Assembly (NCBI RefSeq): GCF_009914755.1
Contig: NC_060926.1
From: the human T2T-CHM13v2.0 reference genome, Homo sapiens
Length of the DNA: 64,000 nt
Direction: 5' to 3' (one strand)
Part shown: positions 39,951 to 55,300 of the stretch, piece after piece
Position numbering within the stretch: the stretch's first letter is position 1
Layout: each line of letters starts with the position of its first letter
Made by a program: the position numbers and the translations under genes
The notes under the pieces: generated by a model
What the model saw: only the letters and a program-made list of their open reading frames with translations
What the model was told of the DNA's origin: nothing
Database searches by the model: none

Positions 39951-42900
39951 GTGGAATCTGGAAGTGGATATTTGTCTGGCTTTGAGGATTTCGTTGGAAA
40001 CGGGATTACATATAAAAAGCAGACAGCAGCATTCCCAGTAACTTCTTTGTGACGTTTGCATTCAAGTCACAGAGTTGAACATTCCCTTTCATAGAGCAGG
40101 TTTGAAACACTCTTTTTGTAGTATCTGGATGTGGACATTTGGAGCGCTTTCAGGCCTATGGTGAAAAAGGAAATATCTTCCCCTGAAAACTAGACAGAAG
40201 AATTCTCAGAATCTTATTTGTGATGTGCGCCATCAACTAACAGTGTTGAAGCTTTCTTTTGATAGAGCAGTTTTGAAACACTCTTTTTGTAAAATCTGCA
40301 AGAGGATATTTGGATAGCTTTGAGGATTTCGTTGGAAACGGGATTGTCTTCATATAAACTCTAGATAGAAGCATTCTCAGAAGCGTCATTGGGATGTTTC
40401 AATTGAAGTCACAGTGTTGAACATTCCCTTTCATAGAGCAGGTTTGAAACACTCTTTTTGTAGTATCTGGATGTGGACATTTGGAGCGCTTTCAGGCCTA
40501 TGGTTTAAAAGGAAATATCTTCCCCTGAAAACTAGACAGAAGCATTCTCAGAAACTTATTTGTAATGTGCGCCCTCAACTAACAGTGTTGAAGCATTCTT
40601 TTGATAGAGCAGTTTTGAAACACTCTTTTTGTGGAATCTGCAAGTGGATATTTGTCTAGCTTTGAGGATTTCGTTGGAAACGGGATTACATATAAAAAGC
40701 AGACAGCAGCATTCCCAGTAACTTCTTTGTGATGTTTGCATTCAAGTCAGAGAGTTGAACATTCCCTTTCATAGAGCAGGTTTGAAACACTCTTTTTGAA
40801 GTATCTGGTTGTGGACATTTGGAGCGCTTTCTGGCCTATGGTGAAAAAGGAAATATCTTCCCCTGAAAACTAGACAGAAGCATTCTCAGAAACTTATTTG
40901 TGATGTGCGCCCTCAACTAACAGTGTTGAACCTTTCTTTTGATAGAGCAGTTTTGAAACACTCTTTTTGTAATATCTGCAAGAGGATATTTGGATAGCTT
41001 TGAGGATTTCGTTGGAAACGGGATTGTCTTCATATAAACTCTAGACAGAAGCATTCTCAGAAGCTTCATTGGGATGTTTCAATTGAAGTCACAGTGTTGA
41101 ACAGTCCCTTTCATAGAGCAGGTTTGAAACACTCTTTTTGTAGTATCTGGAAGTGGACATTTGGAGCGCTCTCAGGACTACGATGATAAAGGAAATATCT
41201 TCCAATAAAAGCTAGATAGAAGCAATGTCAGAAACTTTTTCATGATGTATCTACTCAGCTAACAGAGTTGAACCTTTCTTTTGAGAGAGCAGTTTTGAAA
41301 CACTCTTTTTGTGGAATCTGCAAGTGGATATTTGTCTAGCTTTGAGGATTTCGTTGGAAACGGGATTACATATAAAAAGCAGACAGCAGCATTCCCAGAA
41401 TCTTCTTTGTGATGTTTGCATTCAAGTCACAGAGTTGAACATTCCCTTTCATAGAGCAGGTTTGAAACACTCTTTTTGTAGTATCTGGATGTGGGCATTT
41501 GGAGCGCTGTCAGGCCTATGGTGAAAAAGGAAATATCTTCCCCTGAAAACTAGACAGAAGCATTCTCAGAATCTTATTTGTGATGTGCGCCCTCAACTAA
41601 CAGTGTTGAAGCTTTCTTTTGATAGAGCAGTTTTGAAACACTCTTTTTGTAAAATCTGCAAGAGGATATTTGGATAGCTTTGAGGATTTCGTTGGAAACG
41701 GGATTGTCTTCATATAAACTCTAGACAGAAGCATTCTCAGAAGCTTCATTGGGATGTTTCAATTGAAGTCACAGTGTTGAACAGTCCCTTTCATAGAGCA
41801 GGTTTGAAACACTCTTTTTGTAGTATCTGGAAGTGGACATTTGGAGCGCTCTCAGGACTGCGGTGAAAAAGGAAATATCTTCCAATAAAAGCTAGATAGA
41901 AGCAATGTCAGAAACTTTTTCATGATGTATCTACTCAGCTAACAGAGTTGAACCTTCATTTGAGAGAGCAGTTTTGAAACACTCGTTTTGTGGAATCTGC
42001 AAGTGGATATTTGTCTAGCTTTGAGGATTTCGTTGGAAACGGGATTACATATAAAAAGCAGACAGCAGCATTCCCAGAAACTTCTTTGTGATGTTTGCAT
42101 TCAAGTCACAGAGTTGAACATTCCCTTTCATAGAGCAGGTTTGAAACACTCTTTTTGTAGTATCTGGATGTGTACATTTGCAGCGCTTTCAGGCCTAAGG
42201 TGAAAAAGGAAATATCTTCCCCTGAAAACTAGACAGAAGCATTCTCAGAAACTTATTTGTGATGTGCGCCCTCAACTAACAGTGTTGAAGCTTTCTTTTG
42301 ATAGAGCAGTTTTGAAACACTCTTTTTGTAAAATCTGCAAGAGGATATTTGGATAGCTTTGAGGATTTCGTTGGAAACGGGATTGTCTTCATATAAACTC
42401 TAGACAGAAGCATTCTCAGAATCTTCATTGGGATGTTTCAATTGAAGTCACAGTGTTGAACAGTCCCTTTCATAGAGCAGGTTTGAAACACTCTTTTTGT
42501 AGTATCTGGAAGTGGACATTTGGAGCGCTCTCAGGACTGCGGTGAAAAAGGAAATATCTTCCAATAAAAGCTAGATAGAAGCAATGTCAGAAACTTTTTC
42601 ATGATGTATCTACTCAGCTAACAGAGTTGAACCTTCCTTTGAGAGAGCAGTTTTGAAACACTCTTTTTGTGGAATCTGCAAGTGGATATTTGTCTAGCTT
42701 TGAGGATTTCGTTGGAAACGGGATTGTCTTCATATAAACTCTAGACAGAAGCATTCTCAGAAGCTTCATTGGGATGTTTCAATTGAAGTCACAGTGTTGA
42801 ACAGTTCCTTTCATAGAACAGGTTTGAAACACCCTTTTTGTAGTATCTGGAAGTGGACATTTGGAGCGCTCTCAGGACTATGGTGAAAAAGGAAATATCT

Positions 42901-45900
42901 TCCAATAAAAGCTACATAGAAGCAATGTCAGAAACTTTTTCATGATGTATCTACTCAGCTAACAGAGTTGAACCTTTCCTTTGAGAGAGCAGTTTTGAAA
43001 CACTCTTTTTGTGGAATCTGCAGGTGGATATTTGTCTAGCTTTCAGGATTTCGTTGGAAACGGGATTACATATAAAAAGCAGACAGCAGCATTCCCAGTA
43101 ACTTCTTTGTGATGTTTGCATTCAAGTCACAGTGTTGAACATTGCCTTTCATAGAGCAGGTTTCAAACACTCTTTTTGTAGTATCTGGATGTGGACATTT
43201 GGAGCGCTTTCAGGCCTATGGTGAAAAAGGAAATATCTTCCCCTGAAAACTAGACAGAAGCATTCTCAGAATCTTATTTGTGATGTGCGCCCTCAACTAA
43301 CAGTGTTGAAGCTTTCTTTTGATAGAGCAGTTTTGAAACACTCTTTTTGTAAAATCTGCAAGAGGATATTTGGATAGCTTTGAGGATTTCGTTGGAAACG
43401 GGATTGTCTTCATATAAACTCTAGACAGAAGCATTCTCAGAAGCTTCATTGGGATGTTTCAATTGAAGTCACAGTGTTGAACAGTCCCTTTCATAAAGCA
43501 GGTTTCAAACACTCTTTTTGTAGTATCTGGATGTGGACATTTGGAGCGCTTTCAGGCCTATGGTTTAAAAGGAAATATCTTCCCCTGAAAACTAGACAGA
43601 AGCATTCTCAGAAACTTATTTGTGATGTGCGCCCTCAACTCACAGTGTTGAAGCATTCTTTTGATAGAGCAGTTTTGAAACACTCTTTTTGTGGAATCTG
43701 CAAGTGGATATTTGTCTAGCTTTGAGGATTTCGTTGGAAACGGGATTACATATGAAAAGCAGACAGCAGCATTCCCAGAAACTTCTTTGTGATGTTTGCA
43801 TTCAACTCACAGAGTTGAACATTCCCTTTCATAGAGCAGGTTTGAAACACTCTTTTTGTAGTATCTGGATGTGGACATTTGGAGCGCTTTCAGGCCTATG
43901 GTGAAAAAGGAAATATCTTCCCCTGAAAACTAGACAGAAGCATTCTCAGAAACTTATTTGTGATGTGCGCCCTCAACTAACAGTGTTGAAGCTTTCTTTT
44001 GATAGAGCAGTTTTGAAACACTCTTTTTGTAATATCTGCAAGAGGATATTTGGATAGCTTTGAGGATTTCGTTGGAAACGGGATTAATTATAAAAAGCAG
44101 ACAGCAGCATTCCCAGAATCTTGTTTGTGATGTTTGCATTCAAGTCACAGAGTTGAACATTCCCTTTCAGAGAGCAGGTTTGAAACACTCTTTTTATAGT
44201 ACCTGGATGTGGACATTTGGAGCGCTTTCAGGCCTATGGTGAAAAAGGAAATATCTTCTCCTGAAAACTAGACAGAAGCATTCTCAGAATCTTATTTGTG
44301 ATGTGCGCCCTCAACTAACAGTGTTGAAGCTTTCTTTTGATAGAGCAGTTTTGAAACACTCTTTTCGTAAAATCTGCAAGAGGATATTTTGATAGCTTTG
44401 AGGATTTCGTTGGAAACGGGATTGTCTTCTTATAAACTCTAGACAGAAGCATTCTCAGAAGCTTCATTGGGATGTTTCAATTGAAGTCACAGTGTTGAAC
44501 AGTCCCTTTCATAGAGCAGGTTTGAAACACTCTTTTTGTAGTATCTGGAAGTGGACATTTGGAGAGATCTCAGGAATACGGTGATAAAGGAAATATCTTC
44601 CAATAAAAGCTAGATAGAAGCAATGTCAGAAACTTTTTCATGATGTATCTACTCAGCTAACAGAGTTGAACCTTTCTTTTGAGAGAGCAGTTTTGAAACA
44701 CTCTTTTTGTGGAATCTGCAAGTGGATATTTGTCTAGCTTTGAGGATTTCGTTGGAAACGGGATTACATATAAAAAGCAGACAGCAGCATTCCCAGTAAC
44801 TTCTTTGTGAGGTTTGCATTCAAGTGACAGAGTTGAACATTCCCTTTCATAGAGCAGGTTTGAAACACTCTTTTTGTAGTATCTGGATGTGGACATTTGG
44901 AGCGCTTTCAGGCCTATGGTGAAAAAGGAAATATCTTCCAATAAAAGCTACATAGAAGCAATGTCAGAAACTTTTTCATGATGTATCTACTCAGCTAACA
45001 GAGTTGAACCTTTCTTTTGAGAGAGCAGTTTTGAAACACTCTTTTTGTGGAATCTGGAAGTGGATATTTGTCTAGCTTTGAGGATTTCGTTGGAAACGGG
45101 ATTACATATAAAAAGCAGACAGCAGCATTCCCAGTAACTTCTTTGTGACGTTTGCATTCAAGTCACAGAGTTGAACATTCCCTTTCATAGAGCAGGTTTG
45201 AAACACTCTTTTTGTAGTATCTGGATGTGGACATTTGGAGCGCTTTCAGGCCTATGGTGAAAAAGGAAATATCTTCCCCTGAAAACTAGACAGAAGAATT
45301 CTCAGAATCTTATTTGTGATGTGCGCCATCAACTAACAGTGTTGAAGCTTTCTTTTGATAGAGCAGTTTTGAAACACTCTTTTTGTAAAATCTGCAAGAG
45401 GATATTTGGATAGCTTTGAGGATTTCGTTGGAAACGGGATTGTCTTCATATAAACTCTAGACAGAAGCATTCTCAGAAGCGTCATTGGGATGTTTCAATT
45501 GAAGTCACAGTGTTGAACATTCCCTTTCATAGAGCAGGTTTGAAACACTCTTTTTGTAGTATCTGGATGTGGACATTTGGAGCGCTTTCAGGCCTATGGT
45601 TTAAAAGGAAATATCTTCCCCTGAAAACTAGACAGAAGCATTCTCAGAAACTTATTTGTGATGTGCGCCCTCAACTAACAGTGTTGAAGCATTCTTTTGA
45701 TAGAGCAGTTTTGAAACACTCTTTTTGTGGAATCTGCAAGTGGATATTTGTCTAGCTTTGAGGATTTCGTTGGAAACGGGATTACATATAAAAAGCAGAC
45801 AGCAGCATTCCCAGTAACTTCTTTGTGATGTTTGCATTCAAGTCAGAGAGTTGAACATTCCCTTTCATAGAGCAGGTTTGAAACACTCTTTTTGAAGTAT

Positions 45901-47390
45901 CTGGTTGTGGACATTTGGAGCGCTTTCTGGCCTATGGTGAAAAAGGAAATATCTTCCCCTGAAAACTAGACAGAAGCATTCTCAGAAACTTATTTGTGAT
46001 GTGCGCCCTCAACTAACAGTGTTGAACCTTTCTTTTGATAGAGCAGTTTTGAAACACTCTTTTTGTAATATCTGCAAGAGGATATTTGGATAGCTTTGAG
46101 GATTTCGTTGGAAACGGGATTGTCTTCATATAAACTCTAGACAGAAGCATTCTCAGAAGCTTCATTGGGATGTTTCAATTGAAGTCACAGTGTTGAACAG
46201 TCCCTTTCATAGAGCAGGTTTGAAACACTCTTTTTGTAGTATCTGGAAGTGGACATTTGGAGCGCTCTCAGGACTACGATGATAAAGGAAATATCTTCCA
46301 ATAAAAGCTAGATAGAAGCAATGTCAGAAACTTTTTCATGATGTATCTACTCAGCTAACAGAGTTGAACCTTTCTTTTGAGAGAGCAGTTTTGAAACACT
46401 CTTTTTGTGGAATCTGCAAGTGGATATTTGTCTAGCTTTGAGGATTTCGTTGGAAACGGGATTACATATAAAAAGGAGACAGCAGCATTCCCAGAATCTT
46501 CTTTGTGATGTTTGCATTCAAGTCACAGGGTTGAACATTCCCTTTCATAGAGCAGGTTTGAAACACTCTTTTTGTAGTATCTGGATGTGGACATTTGGAG
46601 CGCTTTCAGGCCTATGGTGAAAAAGGAAATATCTTCCCCTGAAAACTAGACAGAAGCATTCTCAGAATCTTATTTGTGATGTGCGCCATCAACTAACAGT
46701 GTTGAAGCTTTCTTTTGATAGAGCAGTTTTGAAACACTCTTTTTGTAAAATCTGCAAGAGGATATTTGGATAGCTTTGAGGATTTCGTTGGAAACGGGAT
46801 TGTCTTCATATAAACTCTAGACAGAAGCATTCTCAGAAGCTTCATTGGGATGTTTCAATTGAAGTCACAGTGTTGAACAGTCCCTTTCATAGAGCAGGTT
46901 TGAAACACTCTTTTTGTAGTATCTGGAAGTGGACATTTGGAGCGCTCTCCGGACTGCGGTGAAAAAGGAAATATCTTCCAATAAAAGCTAGATAGAAGCA
47001 ATGTCAGAAACTTTTTCATGATGTATCTACTCAGCTAACAGAGTTGAACCTTCATTTGAGAGAGCAGTTTTGAAACACTCGTTTTGTGGAATCTGCAAGT
47101 GGATATTTGTCTAGCTTTGAGGATTTCGTTGGAAACGGGATTACATATAAAAAGCAGACAGCAGCATTCCCAGAAACTTCTTTGTGATGTTTGCATTCAA
47201 GTCACAGAGTTGAACATTCCCTTTCATAGAGCAGGTTTGAAACACTCTTTTTGTAGTATCTGGATGTGTACATTTGCAGCGCTTTCAGGCCTAAGGTGAA
47301 AAAGGAAATATCTTCCCCTGAAAACTAGACAGAAGCATTCTCAGAAACTTATTTGTGATGTGCGCCCTCAACTAACAGTGTTGAAGCTTT
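37200..47390 (+). repeat. Tandem duplication of a 5096-bp (30-monomer) unit
   Basis: Six ORF-variant pairs offset by 5096: 38378/43474, 38858/43954, 39561/44657, 40414/45510, 41309/46405, 41988/47084. Shared TTTCTGGCC variant at 40832/45928. The junction lies between 42252 and 42331. Confidence 0.85.
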
Positions 47391-49249
47391 CTTTTGATAG
47401 AGCAGTTTTGAAACACTCTTTTTGTAATATCTGCAAGAGGATATTTGGATAGCTTTGAGGATTTCGTTGGAAACGGGTTTGTCTTCATATAAATTCTAGA
47501 CAGAAGCATTCTCAGAAGCTTCATTGGGATGTTTCAATTGAAGTCACAGTGTTGAACAGTTCCTTTCATAGAACAGGTTTGAAACACTCTTTTTGTAGTA
47601 TCTGGAAGTGGACATTTGGAGCGCTCTCAGGACTATGGTGAAAAAGGAAATATCTTCCAATAAAAGCTACATAGAAGCAATGTCAGAAACTTTTTCATGA
47701 TGTATCTACTCAGCTAACAGAGTTGAACCTTTCCTTTGAGAGAGCAGTTTTGAAACACTCTTTTTGTGGAATCTGCAAGTGGATATTTGTCTAGCTTTGA
47801 GGATTTCGTTGGAAACGGGATTACATATAAAAAGCAGACAGCAGCATTCCCAGAAACTTCTTTGTGATGTTTGCATTCAAGTCACAGAGTTGAACATTCC
47901 CTTTCAGAGAGCAGGTTTGAAACACTCTTTTTGTAGTATCTGGATGTGGACATTTGGAGCGCTTTCAGCCCTATGGTGAAAAAGGAAATATCTTCCCCTG
48001 AAAACTAGACAGAAGCATTCTCAGAATCTTATTTGTGATGTGCGCCCTCAACTAACAGTGTTGAAGCTTTCTTTTGATAGAGCAGTTTTGAAACACTCTT
48101 TTTGTAAAATCTGCAAGAGGATATTTGGATAGCTTTGAGGATTTCGTTGGAAACGGGATTGTCTTCATATAAACTCTAGACAGAAGCATTCTCAGAAGCT
48201 TCATTGGGATGTTTCAATTGAAGTCACAGTGTTGAACAGTCCCTTTCATAGAGCAGGTTTGAAACACTCTTTTTGTAGTATCTGGAAGTGGACATTTGGA
48301 GCGCTCTCAGGACTGCGGTGAAAAAGGAACTATCTTCCAATAAAAGCTAGATAGAAGCAATGTCAGAAACTTTTTCATGATGTATCTACTCAGCTAACAG
48401 AGTTGAACCTTCCTTTGAGAGAGCAGTTTTGAAACACTCTTTTTGTGGAATCTGCAAGTGGATATTTGTCTAGCTTTGAGGATTTCGTTGGAAACGGGAT
48501 TACATATAAAAAGCAGACAGCAGCATTCCCAGAAACTTCTTTGTGATGTTTGCATTCAAGTCACAGAGTTGAACATTCCCTTTCATAGAGCAGGTTTGAA
48601 ACACTCTTTTTGTAGTATCTGGATGTGGACATTTGCAGCGCTTTCAGGCCTAAGGTGAAAAAGGAAATATCTTCCCCTGAAAACTAGACAGAAGCATTCT
48701 CAGAAACTTATTTGTGATGTGCGCCCTCAACTAACAGTGTTGAAGCTTTCTTTTGATAGAGCAGTTTTGAAACACTCTTTTTGTAATATCTGCAAGAGGA
48801 TATTTGGATAGCTTTGAGGATTTCGTTGGAAACGGGATTGTCTTCATATAAACTCTAGACAGAAGCATTCTCAGAAGCTTCATTGGGATGTTTCAATTGA
48901 AGTCACAGTGTTGAACAGTTCCTTTCATAGAACAGGTTTGAAACACTCTTTTTGTAGTATCTGGAAGTGGACATTTGGAGCGCTCTCAGGACTACGGTGA
49001 AAAAGGAAATATCTTCCAATAAAAGCTAGATAGAAGCAATGTCAGAAACTTTTTCATGATGTATCTACTCAGCTAACAGAGTTGAACCTTTCCTTTGAGA
49101 GAGCAGTTTTGAAACACTCTTTTTGTGGAATCTGCAAGTGGATATTTGTCTAGCTTTGAGGATTTCGTTGGAAACGGGATTACATATAAAAAGCAGACAG
49201 CAGCATTCCCAGTAACTTCTTTGTGATGTTTGCATTCAAGTCACAGAGT

Positions 49250-52200
49250 TGAACATTCCCTTTCATAGAGCAGGTTTGAAACACTCTTTTTGTAGTATCT
49301 GGATGTGGACATTTGGAGCGCTTTCAGGCCTATGGTGAAAAAGGAAATATCTTCCCCTGAAAACTAGACAGAAGCATTCTCAGAAACTTATTTGTGATGT
49401 GCGCCCTCAACTAACACTGTTGAAGCTTTCTTTTGATAGAGCAGTTTTGAAACACTCTTTTTGTAATATCTGCAAGAGGATATTTGGATAGCTTTGAGGA
49501 TTTCGTTGGAAACGGGATTAATTATAAAAAGCAGACAGCAGCATTCCCAGAATCTTGTTTGTGATGTTTGCATTCAAGTCACAGAGTTGAACATTCCCTT
49601 TCAGAGAGCAGGTTTGAAACACTCTTTTTATAGTATCTGGATGTGGACATTTGGAGCGCTTTCAGGCCTATGGTGAAAAAGGAAATATCTTCTCCTGAAA
49701 ACTAGACAGAAGCATTCTCAGAATCTTATTTGTGATGTGCGCCCTCAACTAACAGTGTTGAAGCTTTCTTTTGATAGAGCAGTTTTGAAACACTCTTTTC
49801 GTAAAATCTGCAAGAGGATATTTTGATAGCTTTGAGGATTTCGTTGGAAACGGGATTGTCTTCTTATAAACTCTAGACAGAAGCATTCTCAGAAGCTTCA
49901 TTGGGATGTTTCAATTGAAGTCACAGTGTTGAACAGTCCCTTTCATAGAGCAGGTTTGAAACACTCTTTTTGTAGTATCTGGAAGTGGACATTTGGAGAG
50001 ATCTCAGGAATACGGTGATAAAGGAAATATCTTCCAATAAAAGCTAGATAGAAGCAATGTCAGAAACTTTTTCATGATGTATCTACTCAGCTAACAGAGT
50101 TGAACCTTTCTTTTGAGAGAGCAGTTTTGAAACACTCTTTTTGTGGAATCTGCAAGTGGATATTTGTCTAGCTTTGAGGATTTCGTTGGAAACGGGATTA
50201 CATATAAAAAGCAGACAGCAGCATTCCCAGTAACTTCTTTGTGAGGTTTGCATTCAAGTGACAGAGTTGAACATTCCCTTTCATAGAGCAGGTTTGAAAC
50301 ACTCTTTTTGTAGTATCTGGATGTGGACATTTGGAGCGCTTTCAGGCCTATGGTGAAAAAGGAAATATCTTCCAATAAAAGCTACATAGAAGCAATGTCA
50401 GAAACTTTTTCATGATGTATCTACTCAGCTAACAGAGTTGAACCTTTCTTTTGAGAGAGCAGTTTTGAAACACTCTTTTTGTGGAATCTGGAAGTGGATA
50501 TTTGTCTAGCTTTGAGGATTTCGTTGGAAACGGGATTACATATAAAAAGCAGACAGCAGCATTCCCAGTAACTTCTTTGTGACGTTTGCATTCAAGTCAC
50601 AGAGTTGAACATTCCCTTTCATAGAGCAGGTTTGAAACACTCTTTTTGTAGTATCTGGATGTGGACATTTGGAGCGCTTTCAGGCCTATGGTGAAAAAGG
50701 AAATATCTTCCCCTGAAAACTAGACAGAAGAATTCTCAGAATCTTATTTGTGATGTGCGCCATCAACTAACAGTGTTGAAGCTTTCTTTTGATAGAGCAG
50801 TTTTGAAACACTCTTTTTGTAAAATCTGCAAGAGGATATTTGGATAGCTTTGAGGATTTCGTTGGAAACGGGATTGTCTTCATATAAACTCTAGACAGAA
50901 GCATTCTCAGAAGCGTCATTGGGATGTTTCAATTGAAGTCACAGTGTTGAACATTCCCTTTCATAGAGCAGGTTTGAAACACTCTTTTTGTAGTATCTGG
51001 ATGTGGACATTTGGAGCGCTTTCAGGCCTATGGTTTAAAAGGAAATATCTTCCCCTGAAAACTAGACAGAAGCATTCTCAGAAACTTATTTGTGATGTGC
51101 GCCCTCAACTAACAGTGTTGAAGCATTCTTTTGATAGAGCAGTTTTGAAACACTCTTTTTGTGGAATCTGCAAGTGGATATTTGTCTAGCTTTGAGGATT
51201 TCGTTGGAAACGGGATTACATATAAAAAGCAGACAGCAGCATTCCCAGTAACTTCTTTGTGATGTTTGCATTCAAGTCAGAGAGTTGAACATTCCCTTTC
51301 ATAGAGCAGGTTTGAAACACTCTTTTTGAAGTATCTGGTTGTGGACATTTGGAGCGCTTTCTGGCCTATGGTGAAAAAGGAAATATCTTCCCCTGAAAAC
51401 TAGACAGAAGCATTCTCAGAAACTTATTTGTGATGTGCGCCCTCAACTAACAGTGTTGAACCTTTCTTTTGATAGAGCAGTTTTGAAACACTCTTTTTGT
51501 AATATCTGCAAGAGGATATTTGGATAGCTTTGAGGATTTCGTTGGAAACGGGATTGTCTTCATATAAACTATAGACAGAAGCATTCTCAGAAGCTTCATT
51601 GGGATGTTTCAATTGAAGTCACAGTGTTGAACAGTCCCTTTCATAGAGCAGGTTTGAAACACTCTTTTTGTAGTATCTGGAAGTGGACATTTGGAGCGCT
51701 CTCAGGACTACGATGATAAAGGAAATATCTTCCAATAAAAGCTAGATAGAAGCAATGTCAGAAACTTTTTCATGATGTATCTACTCAGCTAACAGAGTTG
51801 AACCTTTCTTTTGAGAGAGCAGTTTTGAAACACTCTTTTTGTGGAATCTGCAAGTGGATATTTGTCTAGCTTTGAGGATTTCGTTGGAAACGGGATTACA
51901 TATAAAAAGCAGACAGCAGCATTCCCAGAATCTTCTTTGTGATGTTTGCATTCAAGTCACAGAGTTGAACATTCCCTTTCATAGAGCAGGTTTGAAAAAC
52001 TCTTTTTGTAGTATCTGGATGTGGACATTTGGAGCGCTTTCAGGCCTATGGTGAAAAAGGAAATATCTTCCCCTGAAAACTAGACAGAAGCATTCTCAGA
52101 ATCTTATTTGTGATGTGCGCCCTCAACTAACAGTGTTGAAGCTTTCTTTTGATAGAGCAGTTTTGAAACACTCTTTTTGTAAAATCTGCAAGAGGATATT

Positions 52201-52380
52201 TGGATAGCTTTGAGGATTTCGTTGGAAACGGGATTGTCTTCATATAAACTCTAGACAGAAGCATTCTCAGAAGCTTCATTGGGATGTTTCAATTGAAGTC
52301 ACAGTGTTGAACAGTCCCTTTCATAGAGCAGGTTTGAAACACTCTTTTTGTAGTATCTGGAAGTGGACATTTGGAGCGCT
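49250..52380 (+). repeat. Third copy of the 43.8-46.9 kb block at a 5434-bp (32-monomer) offset
   Basis: Offsets 43954/49388, 44657/50091, 45510/50944 and 46405/51839 = 5434. TTTCTGGCC at 51362 and the CTTCTTAT variant are shared. Boundaries approximate. Confidence 0.8.
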
Positions 52381-55300
52381 CTCAGGACTGCGGTGAAAAA
52401 GGAACTATCTTCCAATAAAAGCTAGATAGAAGCAATGTCAGAAACTTTTTCATGATGTATCTACTCAGCTAACAGAGTTGAACCTTCCTTTGAGAGAGCA
52501 GTTTTGAAACACTCTTTTTGTGGAATCTGCAAGTGGATATTTGTCTAGCTTTGAGGATTTCGTTGGAAACGGGATTACATATAAAAAGCAGACAGCAGCA
52601 TTCCCAGAAACTTCTTTGTGATGTTTGCATTCAAGTCACAGAGTTGAACATTCCCTTTCATAGAGCAGGTTTGAAACACTCTTTTTGTAGTATCTGGATG
52701 TGGACATTTGCAGCGCTTTCAGGCCTAAGGTGAAAAAGGAAATATCTTCCCCTGAAAACTAGACAGAAGCATTCTCAGAAACTTATTTGTGATGTGCGCC
52801 CTCAACTAACAGTGTTGAAGCTTTCTTTTGATAGAGCAGTTTTGAAACACTCTTTTTGTAATATCTGCAAGAGGATATTTGGATAGCTTTGAGGATTTCG
52901 TTGGAAACGGGATTGTCTTCATACAAACTCTAGACAGAAGCATTCTCAGAAGCTTCATTGGGATGTTTCAATTGAAGTCACAGTGTTGAACAGTTCCTTT
53001 CATAGAGCAGGTTTGAAACACTCTTTTTGTAGTATCTGGAAGTGGACATTTGGAGCGCTCTCAGGACTACGGTGAAAAAGGAAATATCTTCCAATAAAAG
53101 CTAGATAGAAGCAATGTCAGAAACTTTTTCATGATGTATCTACTCAGCTAACAGAGTTGAACCTTTCCTTTGAGAGAGCAGTTTTGAAACACTCTTTTTG
53201 TGGAATCTGCAAGTGGATATTTGTCTAGCTTTGAGGATTTCGTTGGAAACGGGATTACATATAAAAAGCAGACAGCAGCATTCCCAGTAACTTCTTTGTG
53301 ATGTTTGCATTCAAGTCACAGAGTTGAACATTCCCTTTCATAGAGCAGGTTTGAAACACTCTTTTTGTAGTATCTGGATGTGGACATTTGGAGCGCTTTC
53401 AGGCCTATGGTGAAAAAGGAAATATCTTCCCCTGAAAACTAGACAGAAGCATTCTCAGAAACTTATTTGTGATGTGCGCCCTCAACTAACAGTGTTGAAC
53501 CTTTCTTTTGATAGAGCAGTTTTGAAACACTCTTTTTGTAATATCTGCAAGAGGATATTTGGATAGCTTTGAGGATTTCGTTGGAAACGGGATTACATAT
53601 AAAAAGCAGACAGCAGCATTTCCAGAATCTTGTTTGTGATGTTTGCATTCAAGTCACAGAGTTGAACATTCCCTTTCAGAGAGCAGGTTTGAAACACTCT
53701 TTTTATAGTGTCTGGATGTGGACATTTGGAGCGCTTTCAGGCCTATGGTGAAAAAGGAAATATCTTCTCCTGTAAACTAGACAGAAGCATTCTCAGAAAC
53801 TTATTTGTGATGTGCGCCCTCAACTAACAGTGTTGAAGCTTTCTTTTGATAGAGCAGTTTTGAAACACTCTTTTTGTAAAATCTGCAAGAGGATATTTGG
53901 ATAGCTTTGAGGATTTCGTTGGAAACGGGATTGTCTTCATATAAACTCTAGACAGAAGCATTCTCAGAAGCTTCATTGGGATGTTTCAATTGAAGTCACA
54001 GTGTTGAACAGTCCCTTTCATAGAGCAGGTTTGAAACACTCTTTTTGTAGTATCTGGAAGTGGACATTTGGAACGCTCTCAGGACTGCGGTGAAAAAGGA
54101 AATATCTTCCAATAAAAGCTAGATAGAAGCAATGTCAGAAACTTTTTCATGATGTATCTACTCAGCTAACAGAGTTGAACCTTTCTTTTGAGAGAGCAGT
54201 TTTGAAACACTCTTTTTGTGGAATCTGCAAGTGGATATTAGTCTAGCTTTGAGGATTTCGTTGGAAACGGGATTACATATAAAAAGCAGACAGCAGCATT
54301 CCCAGTAACTTCTTTGTAATGTTTGCATTCACGTCACAGAGTTGAACATTCCCTTTCATAGAGCAGGTTTGAAACACTCTTTTTGTAGTATCTGGATGTG
54401 GACATTTGGAGCGCTTTCAGGCCTATGGTGAAAAAGGAAATATCTTCCCCTGAAAACTAGACAGAAGCATTCTCAGAAACTTATTTGTGATGTGCGCCCT
54501 CAACTAACAGTGTTGAAGCTTTCTTTTGATAGAGCAGTTTTGAAACACTCTTTTTGTAATATCTGCAAGAGGATATTTGGATAGCTTTGAGGATTTCGTT
54601 GGAAACGGGATTAATTATAAAAAGCAGACAGCAGCATTCCCAGAATCTTGTTTGTGATGTTTGCATTCAAGTCACAGAGTTGAACATTCCCTTTCAGAGA
54701 GCAGGTTTGAAACACTCTTTTTATAGTATCTGGATGTGGACATTTGGAGCGCTTTCAGGCCTATGGTGAAAAAGGAAATATCTTCTCCTGAAAACTAGAC
54801 AGAAGCATTCTCAGAATCTTATTTGTGATGTGCGCCCTCAACTAACAGTGTTGAAGCTTTCTTTTGATAGAGCAGTTTTGAAACACTCTTTTCGTAAAAT
54901 CTGCAAGAGGATATTTTGATAGCTTTGAGGATTTCGTTGGAAACGGGATTGTCTTCATATAAACTCTAGACAGAAGCATTCTCAGAAGCTTCATTGGGAT
55001 GTTTCAATTGAAGTCACAGTGTTGAACAGTCCCTTTCATAGAGCAGGTTTGAAACACTCTTTTTGTAGTATCTGGAAGTGGACATTTGGAGAGATCTCAG
55101 GAATACGGTGATAAAGGAAATATCTTCCAATAAAAGCTAGATAGAAGCAATGTCAGAAACTTTTTCATGATGTATCTACTCAGCTAACAGAGTTGAACCT
55201 TTCTTTTGAGAGAGCAGTTTTGAAACACTCTTTTTGTGGAATCTGGAAGTGGATATTTGTCTAGCTTTGAGGATTTCGTTGGAAACGGGATTACATATAA

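Noticed and set aside
51424-51612. Unique 62-aa minus-strand ORF
   Set aside because: It is created by one SNP at 51571 (CTCTAG>CTATAG) that removes a stop codon, so it is not a gene.
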